Shown: positions 25,373 to 38,042, counted from the whole stretch's first letter. The stretch: DNA of 61,441 nucleotides, filler included, from Ginglymostoma cirratum (GCA_024137785.1; 2 parts of 2 records of this genome joined end to end with filler, not necessarily neighbours in it), one strand, 5' to 3'. The notes: generated by a model from the sequence alone, not told the origin. Made by a program: numbers and translations.

Positions 25373-27138
25373 TGTATTGATTTTTATCTCTCTTATCGTA
25401 GACATTCAGAAAGGATGTCCCATCAGGGAGGAATGGGCAAAAGGGGGCCTGGATTGCAGAACAAGGTTATTTCAAGAGTCTCCAGTTCCCAATCAAGACC
25501 CGATCCTGCAGCTCATATTAGGAGCTGATGGTGGGAAAACTTTACTGTTTCTGTCTCAACTCAATAAACACAGCATGTGTACAGGGCTGCAGCAGTTCAA
25601 GAAGGCAGCTCACCATCACCTTCTCCAGGCCAACTGGAGATAGGCAATAAATGCTGAGCCCAGCCACTGATGGCCACATCTCACTCGTGAATATGAAAGT
25701 AACTGTCACATTTGGAGACAAAGCAGAGACTTAATATCGGCACCACAAGAATGCAGATCTCATGATGAATCGGAACCATTTCAATTCTGTTTGAGTGTCT
25801 CTCTCAGTGATAGGATACTGCAGTCTGTGATGGAGGGTCATGGATAACAGCAGCTAGACTCAGCTGGATACAGGGTTCCATTGGGCTCCCTATGCTCAGA
25901 CAATACCTTAAACTCCCGCTCGGTTTACACTCACTGTTAGATTCACACAATCTTCACAAAGTCAATGTTTACAATTATAGCATCAGGAGGAAGCAATATT
26001 CTTTATCTTTTGAATGTTAGTTAAGATTCTCTGGGTCTGAGGGTCCTTCACTCAGAATGAACATTCCATCAGCCTCCAGACACTGACAGAGCTCTCCTCG
26101 TCAAGGTCATGAAGCTGTGAAGACTAACAGAGTGAATTGCACATCTGGAGAACTGTCAGCAGCATTGGCCTCTTATTTAAGAAAAGACTTTATTTCACAG
26201 AGGCAGTTCAGAGAAGGTTCATGAGGATGATCCCTTGCGTGGAGGGGTTGTCTTATAAGCAAAGTTAAACAAGTTCGTTGGAGTTTAGAAGAATGAGGGG
26301 TGATCTCATTGAAATATACAGGATTCTTAAGGGGCTTGACAGGTCAATCCTGAGAGGATGTATCCCTTCACAGCTGAGCCTGGGGCCAGAGGGCATAGTC
26401 TCAGAAGAAAGAGGCACCAATTTAAAGCAGAAATGAGGAGGAATTTTTTGTCTCACAGATTTGTGAGTCTTTGGAGCATGAGGATTCATGGATACAAACT
26501 ACAATGGAAAAGATCGAGTCCAGATGCTTGGGAAATTCCGACACCCCGAGAGTGGGCAGGGCCTGGGAATCTCTCCAGATTAATGGCAGGTGTATAATCA
26601 ATGCCAACATTCAGGATTTGATTGGAGAGGGGTGTGAGGATAAGGAACGAGGCAGGAAATGTGCTTTGGGTTTTTGTGCTTTGGGCTTTCTGCTGATGTG
26701 GAAGTGAAAGGCCAGCACAGACTGTTGGGCCGAGTGGTCTGGCATGCTCTTGGTCTTCCCAACAGGAAGCACTGTGCTGCCAGTGAGCCACCAGCACTAA
26801 AGCAGACCCTGGGACTGGGCTCAGTGGGTTATGATCAGGTAGCTACTGGGGATCCTGCAGGTGATGTCTAATGCTTGACCCATTCAAAGCTTTCTGACTG
26901 TTGCCAGCAGGTGCCTGTGGCCTGGCACTGGAGGGAGTGTGATACCAGAGATGGAGCAAACTGGCAGTGACTGGGCATCTGGACATGTGGGATGGTCTCC
27001 GCAGTCACTGATCCCCCATTTACAATGGATCTGTACGCTGCAGTGGGAATACCAGCACTCACTAAAAACAATTGCCCCAATGTCAAAAACAATAACTGTG
27101 CAGTGACAGAATCAAACCCAAGATAAAACAGGATTTAC

Positions 27139-27270
27139 TGAGGAGCACAGCTTTTATTTCTGAAGGAAAACTGTGAGCAGGACAATGCAGGTCAAGACAG
27201 CAAAGCCCAGAATAGTACCAATGATTAAAATGGGATCTGAAGTCTAGGGAATACCATGAGACGATTTTTT
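27139..27270 (-). pseudogene. TM exon of right copy, inactivated
   Basis: Homologous to 8228-8378 (SDPILIIGTILGFAVLTCIVLLTVFLQK). Acceptor AG changed to AA; stops at 27244-27246 and 27154-27156. Confidence 0.8.
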
Positions 27271-27834
27271 TTGTAAAATATCAGAATGTTATACAGACAG
27301 TTGCTTTGGTCTGAGCAATGTCCAAGATTGTCAACAATATTAATTTTGAGATCCTCAGGAAAGTAACTCCCTTCCTGACTCCTCAATGCCAGCCCATTGT
27401 CTACAAGGCACAAGTCAGGAAGGGGAATGGAATACTGCCCACGTGTCTGGATATGTTCAGCTCTGACAGTATTCATGAAGCTTGACAGCATCCAGGACAA
27501 TGTAACCCATTTGACTTTTACCACAGCCACAAACATTCACTCTCTGGACCACCAACACTCGGCAGCAGCAGTGCATACAATCTACAAAATGCATTGCAGA
27601 TGTTTACTAAAGATCCTCAGACAGCACCTTCCAACCCATGACCTCTTCTATCTAGAAGGACAAGGGCAGCAGGTACATGGGAGCACTACCACCTACAAGT
27701 TCCCCTCCAAGCTACTTCCCTTCCTGCCTTGGGAATACCAGGCCTTGATGACTATTCTGCCCTTCCACCGATGTAGAACAGCGGCCATGTTCTCCCTTCC
27801 CTGTTCACACCAGCATTCCCTCCCATTGTCTTAC

Positions 27835-28182
27835 CAGTTACATTGAGCTGGCTCCCTGCTCCGTAGATGTAGCTCCACACACTGCAGCGGTACACAGCAC
27901 TATCATTGACAGTCACATTCACAAGGCTCAGAATGTAACTGTTCCTGCTGACATTCCTGGAAACATGAACATGATCGTGGAAACCCTGGGCCTTGGTGAG
28001 GGTGCCATTCACAAACTGGCTTATCACCCACTCCCTGTTGCTGCCAGGTCACTGGTGGTGCCAGTGTACATCAGTGTCATTTACACTGGCATTGTACATG
28101 GCACACTGGAAGTCAACAGTTTCACCCTCTGGTACCTTGCTGACCACTGGATACTGAATGAGGACTGGATCAGCCAATGGAT
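27835..28182 (-). pseudogene. Full-length VJ-type V exon (V2), right copy, with premature stop
   Basis: gaacag|AT acceptor, ACT G|gtaag donor, 348 nt. Translates PLADPVLIQYPVVSKVPEGETVDFQCAMYNASVNDTDVHWHHQ*PGSNREWVISQFVNGTLTKAQGFHDHVHVSRNVSRNSYILSLVNVTVNDSAVYRCSVWSYIYGAGSQLNVT; TGA at 28049-28051. Confidence 0.88.
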
Positions 28183-31100
28183 CTGTTCACATTGAAGAGA
28201 AAAAAATGATGTAACTTGATTTGTAGCATTTTATAAAATCTCCTCCTGGTTAAAGGGTGGTTTTCAGATGATGAACTGAAGCTTCTTGCGTGGCTATTGC
28301 TGTTTGTGATTTGAGAGGGAATGATTTGAAACATATCCATCAGCTGAATGCTTTCCAATTTGTTGCTTTGTTTCATTTTGTGCAAGATCCTGCCACAGAA
28401 TAAACTATAGAGAGGAGAATTTCACAATGTGCACAGCTGTCTGATTGGAAGATTTCGAGCAGCCATTTGAAAAGTTCCATTCTCATCAAAATCATAAAGG
28501 AAAAAAAATAGCAAGTTTCAAACAGCCTGCCATATCGCCCCGTGACCACACCTTTTGCGAATCACTGCTGCTGCATCCTATTCTGAAACCTAACTGTGCA
28601 GGGCTGTGGATAGAAAGCAGGACATTGGCAGTTGGGAATGATGCTCTTTTGAAGAGTCAATGCATACAGGATTGACTGAATGTTCTCCTTCTACACTGTA
28701 ACATTTCTGTGATTCTCTGATTCTGTCTCTGGGCCAGAAATTCCCTGACTGCACTTGCCTGAAATTGTGCCAGTAATGGGAAAGGTGAGTCCCTCCTGGT
28801 CAGACTCTCAGCCTTTCACCTTCATTCCTGACTCAGATAATCATCCCAGGGTTGGGAAATGCTTGGGGCCAGGACTGAAACACAAATCTGTGCCATTAGA
28901 CATGTTTTTAGAAAGGTTTGGCACCCATACCGGCCTCATCTGGAGTCACAGCCTTTTGTCTCTGATCCATGACTAATTTGCAATTCCCTAATCCAAGGGG
29001 AGTGAGCACCCTCTGAGAAAGTTTTCCAGGGAACTTTCCCCTTCCCTGATGTGACACAATGTTTGCAGTTCAGACTCCAGCTCCTAAACTCGGGTCTGAA
29101 CTTCCTTGAGCTGCAAATACTTACTTCAGATGTGTTCACTCTGGATCCTGTTGGCCTCAGAGGGGACTTAGTTGAAACATGTAAGATCCTGAGGGGACTT
29201 GACCAGGTGGATGTGGAAAGGATGGTTCTTTTTGTGGGACAATCTATAACGAGGCTGCAGAGTTTAAACATAAGAATTGCACATTTAAGATAGAGATGAG
29301 GCAATGTCTTTTCTGAGAGGGTTATGAGTCTTTGGAATTCCCTTCATCAAAAGGCAGCGGATGCAGAATCATTTAATATTTTTAAGGCTGAGGGAGGGGG
29401 ATTCTTGATTACCCAGGGGTTGAAAGATTAACAGGGATCTGTAAGAATGTAGAGTTGAGAATAAAATCAAATCATCCATCATTTAATTGAATGGTGGAGC
29501 AGGCTTGATGGCCTGAACTGCCTACTCCTGTTCCTTTGTCCCTGTGCCTGTGTCTCTTTGAATAAAGGAATGAATGAGGGTCATAAGAAGGGGAGTAATC
29601 AGGGCCTGTGAGAGGAAGAGTTTAGCTCAGGACAAGGACATCAGAGGTGGAGGTGACTGAGCAGAACAGGAGCTGCAGAGGATTGTGGGAAATGACAACC
29701 CAAAGTCTCAAGAACTGAGAGTTTGGAACCTCCCGGATAAATTACTCATATCTCAATGAGTTACACTGGAGCCCAATTTAAGCTTTTGTTTAAATGACAT
29801 TGAGATACAGATCCAGCTTTAAGTGGAACTGGCTATTGGGAGTGAACATCCATGAAATACAACGAGTTTCTATGGAACAAATCCCTTTGTATTCTTTTAA
29901 AGTCTCACATCTCTAGTATTAATGATAAATACAGGCTGATGGAGTAACATTGAGAAAACACTACTTTGTGCAGCCTTGGTACCAAACCCTTCACTACGAG
30001 AACACAATGTTAGATAATTACAGAGTCACCCTTTATACCACACACACTTCTCATGGGCAACAGCTTCTCCCAAACAAGGCACCAAACTTCTGCCTCTTTA
30101 CTGAATTGAGTTACAAATGAGTTATAACTCTTAGTTGTGATGGGTAGATTGTTGGTGCAGGCTTGGAGGGCCGAAGGGCCTGTTCCTGTGCTGTAATTTC
30201 CTTTGTTCTTGTTCTTTGTTCTAAAACAATAATGCACAACAATACCAGGCTAACTGCGAGCTGGAAACGTGTCACCTTAATTGCCAATGTTCCCATCAAT
30301 TATTGTAAAAACCTATTTGGTTCACTAATTCATTCAGGGAAGGCAATCTGTTGTCCTTATCTGGTCTGGCCTATATGTGACTCCAGATCTATAGCAATGT
30401 AGATAGCTCTTATTGCTGTCTGAAATGAACAAATAAGGGACTCAGTTTGTGGGCATTTAGGGATGAGGAACAAATGCTGGTCTTGCCAGCAATCCCCACA
30501 GCCTATCAGAAAATGAAGAAAAAAATATTTCCCCGGACTTCACAATGAACCGTCCATTAACTGGAGCATTTTAATAAATATTGTGGCTCGAAGAGCAGGT
30601 GAAATCAAGTAACTCACACTCTGACTCCCATAGCCTGTCTACCATCTTTCTACAAGGCATAGGGCAGGAATATGATGGAATTCTTCTCCGTTGCCTTGAA
30701 GAGTGCAGCTCCAACAGCACTCAAGAAGTTTCATGCCATCCAGGTCAAAGCAGCCCGCTTGACTGACACCACAACTGACACCTACAATATTCATTCTCTT
30801 TAACACCAATGCACAGTGTGTACCATCTACAAGGTGCTCTTCAATAACTCAACAAGGCTCCTCCAAAAGTAGTTCCTGAACCCACAGACTCCCCCATCTG
30901 AAAGGACAAGGACAGCAGATCCACCACCTCCTTCAGGTTCCCCTCCAAAGCACTCACCATCTGGACTTGGAAATATATCATCATTGTCCTTTCAATGTCA
31001 CTGGGTCAGATGTCCCAACACCAAGAGGACCACAGCAGTCCAGGAAGGCAGTTCACCGTCACCTTCTCAAAACAGAGAAAATAAGAGCATGAGAAGGTCA

Positions 31101-31430
31101 TTTGGCCCAGTGTGCCTGCAAGAGCTTTTAACATAGTCATGGCTGATCATCCAACTCTTCCTGCTGTCTCCCCATACCCTTTGATCTCTTCAACCCTCAG
31201 AACTATATTTACCTCCTTCTTGAAAACATTCAATGTTTTGGCCTCAATTGCTTCCTGTGGCTGAGAATTCCTGTCATGGAATACAAAGAAGCAATGTGTT
31301 GTAATGAAACCATGGGTTTCCTTTACCTGGGATAGTAGGAACTGCCGATGCTGGAGAATCTGAGATAAAATGTTGTGGAGCTGGATGAACACAGCAGGCC
31401 AAGCAGCATCAGAGGAGCAGGAAAGTTGAC

Positions 31431-31530
31431 NNNNNNNNNNNNNNNNNNNNNNNNNNNNNNNNNNNNNNNNNNNNTTAATTAATTAANNNNNNNNNNNNNN
31501 NNNNNNNNNNNNNNNNNNNNNNNNNNNNNN
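31431..31530. other. Scaffold join: 44 N + TTAATTAATTAA + 44 N
   Basis: A 12-mer with stops in all six frames (31475-31486), centred in exactly 100 nt. Confidence 0.9.
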
Positions 31531-32039
31531 CGTGTTTTGTGAATATGAGTAACCTCATGTCAAACAGGTCAGCACAGGCACACTCGAAGCATTCATTCCC
31601 ACTCCAAAGACTGTAGGAAAATGAGATAAGATTTAACTTCAGATTGCTAACATGCATCTGGAGGCATCAGCATGACAGTGCAAACAGTGTGGGAACATCA
31701 GGCATAGCTTAGATCACTGCGTGGGCATGATAGAGTCCATTAGACAAAGTGAAGTTACGAGTCTGGCTAGAGAGAGGGGATTATGAACGTGGGCTAATGC
31801 CGCTTTTTCCAGCAACTGTCACATTCCAAGAATCTTTAATTTGAACAATCATCTGGTCAATTGGAAGTTCAATGCAACACTATAGCTCAGTAAAACACAT
31901 TTGATCCAAATGTTAAAACTTGGCGTAAGCCTGGAAAATGGAATGTAACTGGACGTTAATCCGGAGTAATGCAATCATAAAGTACGGAGGAGGCTCCTGT
32001 TGAGTCTCTACAGCTAAAACTACGCTAAAACTACATTGG

Positions 32040-32770
32040 GCCCATTTTACAGGACTAGACCTATAGACTTCAAGGTTATTTCAAGTGCTCATCGAGTAGC
32101 TTATGAAGTTTGTGTACTTTCCTGAGAGAACTACCCTCCCATCAGTTTCAGAACAACCCCTACCTTCTAGGTGGAAAAAATTCTTCAAATAGCCTCTAAA
32201 CCATCTGACTTCCACCTTAAAATGTGCTTCTTGGATATCGAACTTCAACTATAGGAAACAGCTGTTTTCTCTCCGCAGGTATATGCCTCTGATAACGTTA
32301 CACACTTCTATCAGGTCACCTCCACCTTCGAGCTCTGATCTTTAAAAAAAAAACAACCCGAGCTTATGGAGACTCTTTACATCTCAAAAGCATCTTAACC
32401 CGGCAACATCGTGGTGAATCTTATCTGCACCGCGCCCCGTGCCTTTATATCTTTCATGTCGTGTGGTAACAAGAATTGCACACAGTATTCCAGCTGTTGC
32501 CTAGCAAAAGTCAAGGCATCTCCAAAATAACCCCGCTGACCTTGTCAGATAAGCCATGACTGAGTAAGGCAAGTGCCTGTAAGATTTTTTAACTGCTCGA
32601 TTTACCAGCCCTGCCACCTTCAATGCTTGTCGGCAAGCAGGCCAAGGTTTTTCTTTCCCCGATCTTCCTAGTGCAATACTATTCATGAGATTTCTCTTAC
32701 AATGTTACTTCCTTCACAATGTATTACTTCATACTTATCAGGGGTCAATGTCATCTATCTCTGATGTCCC
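32040..32770 (-). mobile_element. Degenerate CR1 3' fragment
   Basis: RT C-terminal remnants (aattgcacacagtattccagctg; LKVAGLVNRAVKKSY). Confidence 0.55.
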
Positions 32771-33172
32771 CTCTGACCACTCCCTTTATATCTTCCTATT
32801 AGCATCTAGTGATGGCGAGATGAAAAGACGCACAGTGAGTGCGTGCAATCCTGAGGCTTCTGTCTGTCTCGGGTGATGTGTCTATATATCTCGCTCAATG
32901 GTGAAAATGAGGATCAGTTCTCCAAAGGGGTGTGAACATAATTTTACCATCCGAAACTTCTGTTCCATTCATTGAGTCGTTTGAGATCAAAATCTAGGAA
33001 TTCAAGTGAACACTTGAAATGTCAGAGATGCAAAGGCAATGGGCCTAATACAGAAAATTGGAATTGAAATAGATGGATGTTTGACTACCAGCAATGAAAC
33101 AATGAGCTGAATGCTCCTTTTCCATGTTGTAAAACTCGATGACGGGAGGAAAGTGATATGCAGTAAAACTGA

Positions 33173-33244
33173 TCCCTGGTGATCTAGTAGTTAGGTTTTG
33201 GTGCTTTCACTGCCACAATATGCATTTGATTCCTGTTCAAAGAA
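33173..33244 (+). pseudogene. tRNA-Glu(TTC) pseudogene
   Basis: tccctggtgatctagtagttaggttttggtgctTTCactgcc...tttgattcctgttcaaagaa; 72 nt, collinear with vertebrate tRNA-Glu, stems disrupted. Confidence 0.75.
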
Positions 33245-34447
33245 TGTGAGTTCATGTGTTCTGCTAATTTAACAGGACGATAAAATTTCTACGTGATTTC
33301 AGAAACAGGAAATAAGTGACAACAATCTTTATCATCACAAACTTTATTCAGGTTATTATAAAACAAGGAACTGTAGATGCTGGAACAAAATCAACATTTG
33401 CAGCAGAATCTCAACACGTTGAGCAGCATCTTTGAAAAGAAAGCAATATTTCAATATAACAGATCCAATGACCGTCCTTCAGAACTAGATTTGTTAGGCA
33501 CCTACTTTAAAATGTTAAAGGAAAATATCTGGTTTATCTTTCGAATCAACTTTTTTTTCAAATCTATCTCTACACAGATTATAACATTCAACTTTTCAAC
33601 ATCGGCTCAAATGCTCCTTTCATTGCGCTGAAGTGGTGAAAGTCGCTGCTTGATTATTTTCTTTTTATCCATTTTGAATGGGGAATTGGTCCTTACTAGG
33701 TCTGCCTCACTATGTGTCTCTGTGTGTCTCCCTTTGCCTCTCTGTATCCACCTCACCCTATTGCATCCGCTCAGTCTCCTTGTCTGTCCAACACTCTCAT
33801 TTACCCATTTCTGCGTTTCACAAGTCTGAAATTAGGAGACAGTTTGAGAGTGGAGCTGTTGAGAGAGGTTTTCTTCTCCCCCTGGCCGAAGTGTCTCGAA
33901 CTGGGCTCAAATTCTCTGGATCATTTGTCTGTCACTTAGGCCTAAGTGAGGAGACATTTCTTCCCTCCATGGGTTGTGAATCTTGACTATTCTAAAGAGA
34001 ACTTTTAATCCTTCAGAAAATCTATTCCACCACATTTACAGGATTTATGGTGACGTCTCTGCGGTCGGTGGAATATTAATAAATGGTTATCTCAGAAAAA
34101 AAAGGTGATTAGTTCGTCTTGTTTGTGCCATTACCACTATATTCCACAGTCACTCGGCCGTTTATCCTGCCCTTCCTCGTTATTCCTGCCGAAGTGGGAA
34201 TGAAGAGTGAAGAAAAAAGGAGGAAGAGAGGCATGTGCCTTTGTGAAACAGAGGAAAGGAACTCTAGGATAAATTAATTATTATGTTTCACAAAGTAACA
34301 AGAACCAACATTTCCTGCCAAGCCCGGGCCAAAGAAGTGAGAATAATAACAGGTTTAGTTCAAACACAAGAAGAACGTTCAGTCAACAGTTGTTTCCTTC
34401 CACATCACGAAAGAAGAGTTTAAACGAGGAATTGTTCAAACATATGC

Positions 34448-35263
34448 AAGTACTAGTAGGATTTGAATCCAGCATCTCTCGCTTAACGAATAGAATAGAA
34501 GAACAGAATTTTCACATGCACTCAAATGAGTGTTTTTTAAACGTTGGTAATGTCGTTGATTTGGCGCCATCTGAGCAATGGAATGCCTAGTTACGTTTAC
34601 TTTGGTACAGAATTGAAAGAATAAAAAAAAAGTCTAGCACAGGAACACACATTTTTTTTAAAAAAGTATTCGAATTACTGAAAGTCCAGAAGCAGAATGG
34701 GTATCTTTAAAAACTAATCAAATTGCAGTCGTTTTCACTCAGCCTGTGTCCACCACTCCTCAGAAATCGAGGCTTCACTGCCTTATTGCGCTGGACGACT
34801 CGTCTGCCTGGGCCAGCTTGGACTTGGACTGCCTCCCACACGAGGCTCTGGCCCACGACTTCGCCACCAGGATTCGTTTCCCAGGCAGGCCTGCACGCTG
34901 ACTGCTTCCCACACCAGGCTCAACCTCGCACTCGTCTCTGGGACCCACCATCCCTGCCAGCATGGCTTCCGACGCGTCTCCCATACCTCCCTGGACTCGT
35001 GCTCGCCGCCTCCGTTCTCCAGTCCCTCTGTGTAAGTTTAAGAAGTTAAAAGTTGGGAGACGGACTCAGCGAAGGGAAGGAAAAACAGCCTGAAAATGTT
35101 CACAGCTTCTGCAATGTCAGCGCATACATTCGGTAACAATCAAATGTTTCTGCCATAGTAATGAGCCGAAAACTGGCTTCTGCTTAAATCTTTACTTACC
35201 ATCCGAGGATGTGACAAGCGATTATTTCCTTGACAGGTGCTTTAAACAACTAAGCCACTTTCC
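34448..35263 (-). pseudogene. tRNA-Thr pseudogene split at the anticodon by a ~743-bp insertion
   Basis: 34448-34485 matches the reverse complement of the 3' half, and 35229-35263 (cttgacaggtgctttaaacaactaagccac) the 5' half, of tRNA-Thr(AGT). Confidence 0.65.
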
Positions 35264-36047
35264 CACGCAGGAGTGAGTTTCTTCCAATTAACAGGAAGTT
35301 AACATCAGCAGAGCATGAAAAACAATCTATACCCAGTCGTCCGGGTGTGCCTTAATCAGGTCTTTGCTTAGCTGCAGCAAAACTTTCTCTCTTTCCTGTA
35401 CCAGACTCTGTATTTTGTTTTACAGGAAGGGGAATGAGAGTGTAAATGCACACTCATATAAATTAGGATGAGTGATGTCATTTTAAGCAATTTTAAACAA
35501 AAACTGTTGTAACAACAATTTCTAAAGTAATTATTTTTATAACAATTTTTTTTTCAGAATTAGCTTTTGAACTATTGGTGCCATTAGCTGGAGGACGCTG
35601 TGCGCAGACAGTATAGAAATTTTGGAACCTTATCCATGATCCTGTTTGTTAACGCAGAATTGTCAAAATGGGATACTAGGCAATGATTTCGAAGGGGATA
35701 TTCCATGGTTATGTCAACACGAATGTGAGGGTAGTGAGAGCAGGTGAAAATAACTATTGACTTTTGGGAGGTCGGTGAACAGTTCCCTGCAGGCACCTAT
35801 TTATTCCACAAGGTGGCAGCACGATTATTAACATAATTGCATTTCAGAATCCAATCCTTACATTTTCAATATTTTGGCTGAGAAATAATAGTTCAATCCT
35901 GTCGCTTGCTTTCAGCAAATAGTTGATTATTGCTCAACTCCACCCCAGATAATCAAGCAAAGTGAATGGGAATCGATGAACGATCCCCACCAGAAGTGTG
36001 AATGGTATAAGGCTGATAAAACTGCTCTCCTTGGCCTAAGTTGAAGC

Positions 36048-36191
36048 AGCTTTGTGCAGTGGCAGTATCTTAGTTTATGAGGTTTAATTGCAGCATGATT
36101 ATTGTTTGCTGAAAAGTTTATCCAAATCCCTTCTGTGGAGACTTAAAACATAGTCAGTCGTAGCAATTTTTGATGGTCCCTGGGGAGACTG
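36048..36191 (+). ncRNA. RNU4: U4 snRNA, full length but degenerate (probable pseudogene)
   Basis: agctttgtgcagtggcagtatc...atgaggttta...gattattg...Sm site aattttttg...ggagactg; PSE-like ccaccagaagtgtgaatgg at 35987-36005. Confidence 0.8.
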
Positions 36192-36800
36192 ATTGGTATC
36201 AACAAAAATAGTGAATTCAAATCGGAAAATGTTAGCAACTTACAAATATGCTTAAAGTAATGTCGGAGTCATTGGGAAATGTTGAAGTGAGAATTGAAGC
36301 AGCTGCATTGAAACTTGAACAGATCTGATAGCGTCTGTGGAGACAGAAACAGAGTTTACTTTTGGGGTCCAATACGACTCTTCCTCTGAGCTTTTTGTTT
36401 GTGTAACATGTTCACCGTTTATTTGCAAATACTGATAGAACACTCCTTAACAGCAGTGTTCTCCGTGCTGCTGCGATGCATGTGAAAATTGTTACTGTAA
36501 AATGTAATCTCCTGATATTCAATCACCGTTTAAAACTGTTGCTGCATTTCCTTTAGTGGACGAAGCTGATACTTGCGTTGATTTCGGAATTTGTCCCAAA
36601 CTAGAAGTTTTCCATCATCTATTCTTTAACTTGCCTCTCTGGAGCCAGCTCTTCCTCATTCCCCGCTGATTTACCTCACAACAAACGCTTCCACAAGGAA
36701 ATTATTGGACCGTCTCAGATAATGTATATATTAGACTCTTGTATTTCATCACCGTCTCCCTCAGTTTTAATGATAGCCCACAGTCTCCCAAGTTAGTGTC

Positions 36801-36853
36801 ATACCAGATGTGGAAACTATATTTCCGTGAACTCAAACCAATTTATTTCGGTC
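36801..36853 (+). pseudogene. Possible heavily deleted U5 snRNA relic
   Basis: PSE-like tcaccgtct at 36749, then atac...cagat...atttccgtg...aactc...aaccaattt in U5 order with large gaps. Confidence 0.25.
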
Positions 36854-37968
36854 AATGACGAGCATCAGTAACATCAGTCCCGATGGAATATCACTTACAC
36901 TGTGCCCCAATATGTGTGATCAGCTGTAATCCCGATCCTCTCTGCTTCCGGTTTATATGTCTCGAAAAGAACCCTGGCCAAACTGGGAAGTGTATAAATT
37001 AGTTGTTGTGACTTGGATACGAGTACGCTCAAAACGTGTTGAAAGCAGTTTCAATGATAGTGACTTCACAAAGACAATCATGTAATAATTTGAAAAATTT
37101 GAAAGCAGGAACAGAATCGGGTCGGATCAGTATCTCATTAGAGGGAAAGGAAAATCTATGACAGAGACGAGGAAAGCGAGGCAATATCACTGCACAACTG
37201 TCTTTCAATAAATACCTGAAATCCCAGTCATCTGGAAACTGACCCATGTCAGTGGAAACAGTTTCTCCCGCTCTGCTCCATCAACGCGCCCATCCCCATT
37301 TCTCCTTTCCCCATCATTATTAAGAGCCTGACAAATCTCTAGTTCACCTCTTTTGCTCCAAAGAGAGCAGTCCCGACTTCGGAAATCTCTACACAAAACC
37401 GAATTTTCTCCTCCCTCGGCAAGGTGCTCGGTGTAGGGTTGTGAAGATAATTTGGAAACAAAACAGAATGCTGATCTCCAGCTATGTGGATCTTCAGGAC
37501 ATCTTTGTGAACTGGAGTCAGAGGAGAATCAAGGGTGAACTGTCTGACTGAACAGAGACAATCAAGGCATCTTCCCCTTCTATAGGAAGCTGAGATATTG
37601 CCTTTGATATTGTTGGGGACATGAACTCATTCAAGACTTTGAAAGGATCCTCGCTCCTGCACATCAGAAGTCCCAGTGTATCCCTTGGCTTCCGTGACAA
37701 TTAGACAACTTCGGAATAGACAAGACACTAAAAGGATCGAAGGGAGATGACCCCGATTGTAGAACAGCTGACTCACGATGAACTGGATGTGTCTGCCGTG
37801 AGTTGGATCAGTCTGTTCCTATGTCCCCACAATGAATGTTCTAGCGTTTGTTTTGAAAAAAAAAGTAAAACTGATAAAGGATAATTGTCATTCCGGGAGT
37901 GGCAATGTGAAGTTTGAATTCACTAGTACCCGTGCTTTCCTGGATCCTGTAAAGGTACTGTTTTGCCA

Positions 37969-38042
37969 GACTCTGTGACGATATTGGTCAGTATGTTTGG
38001 CTGTTAAGCAAAAGGTTGATAGTTTGAGACCACCCAGTGGCA
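37969..38042 (+). pseudogene. tRNA-Asn(GTT) pseudogene
   Basis: gactctgtgacgatattggtcagtatgtttggctGTTaagcaaaaggttgatagtttgagaccacccagtggca; 74 nt, collinear with tRNA-Asn. Confidence 0.75.

Larger units (their letters stand above)
26788..31268 (-). repeat. Segmental duplication arm B
   Basis: See arm A. Diverged, with copy-specific insertions and deletions; ends near the scaffold gap. Confidence 0.85.
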
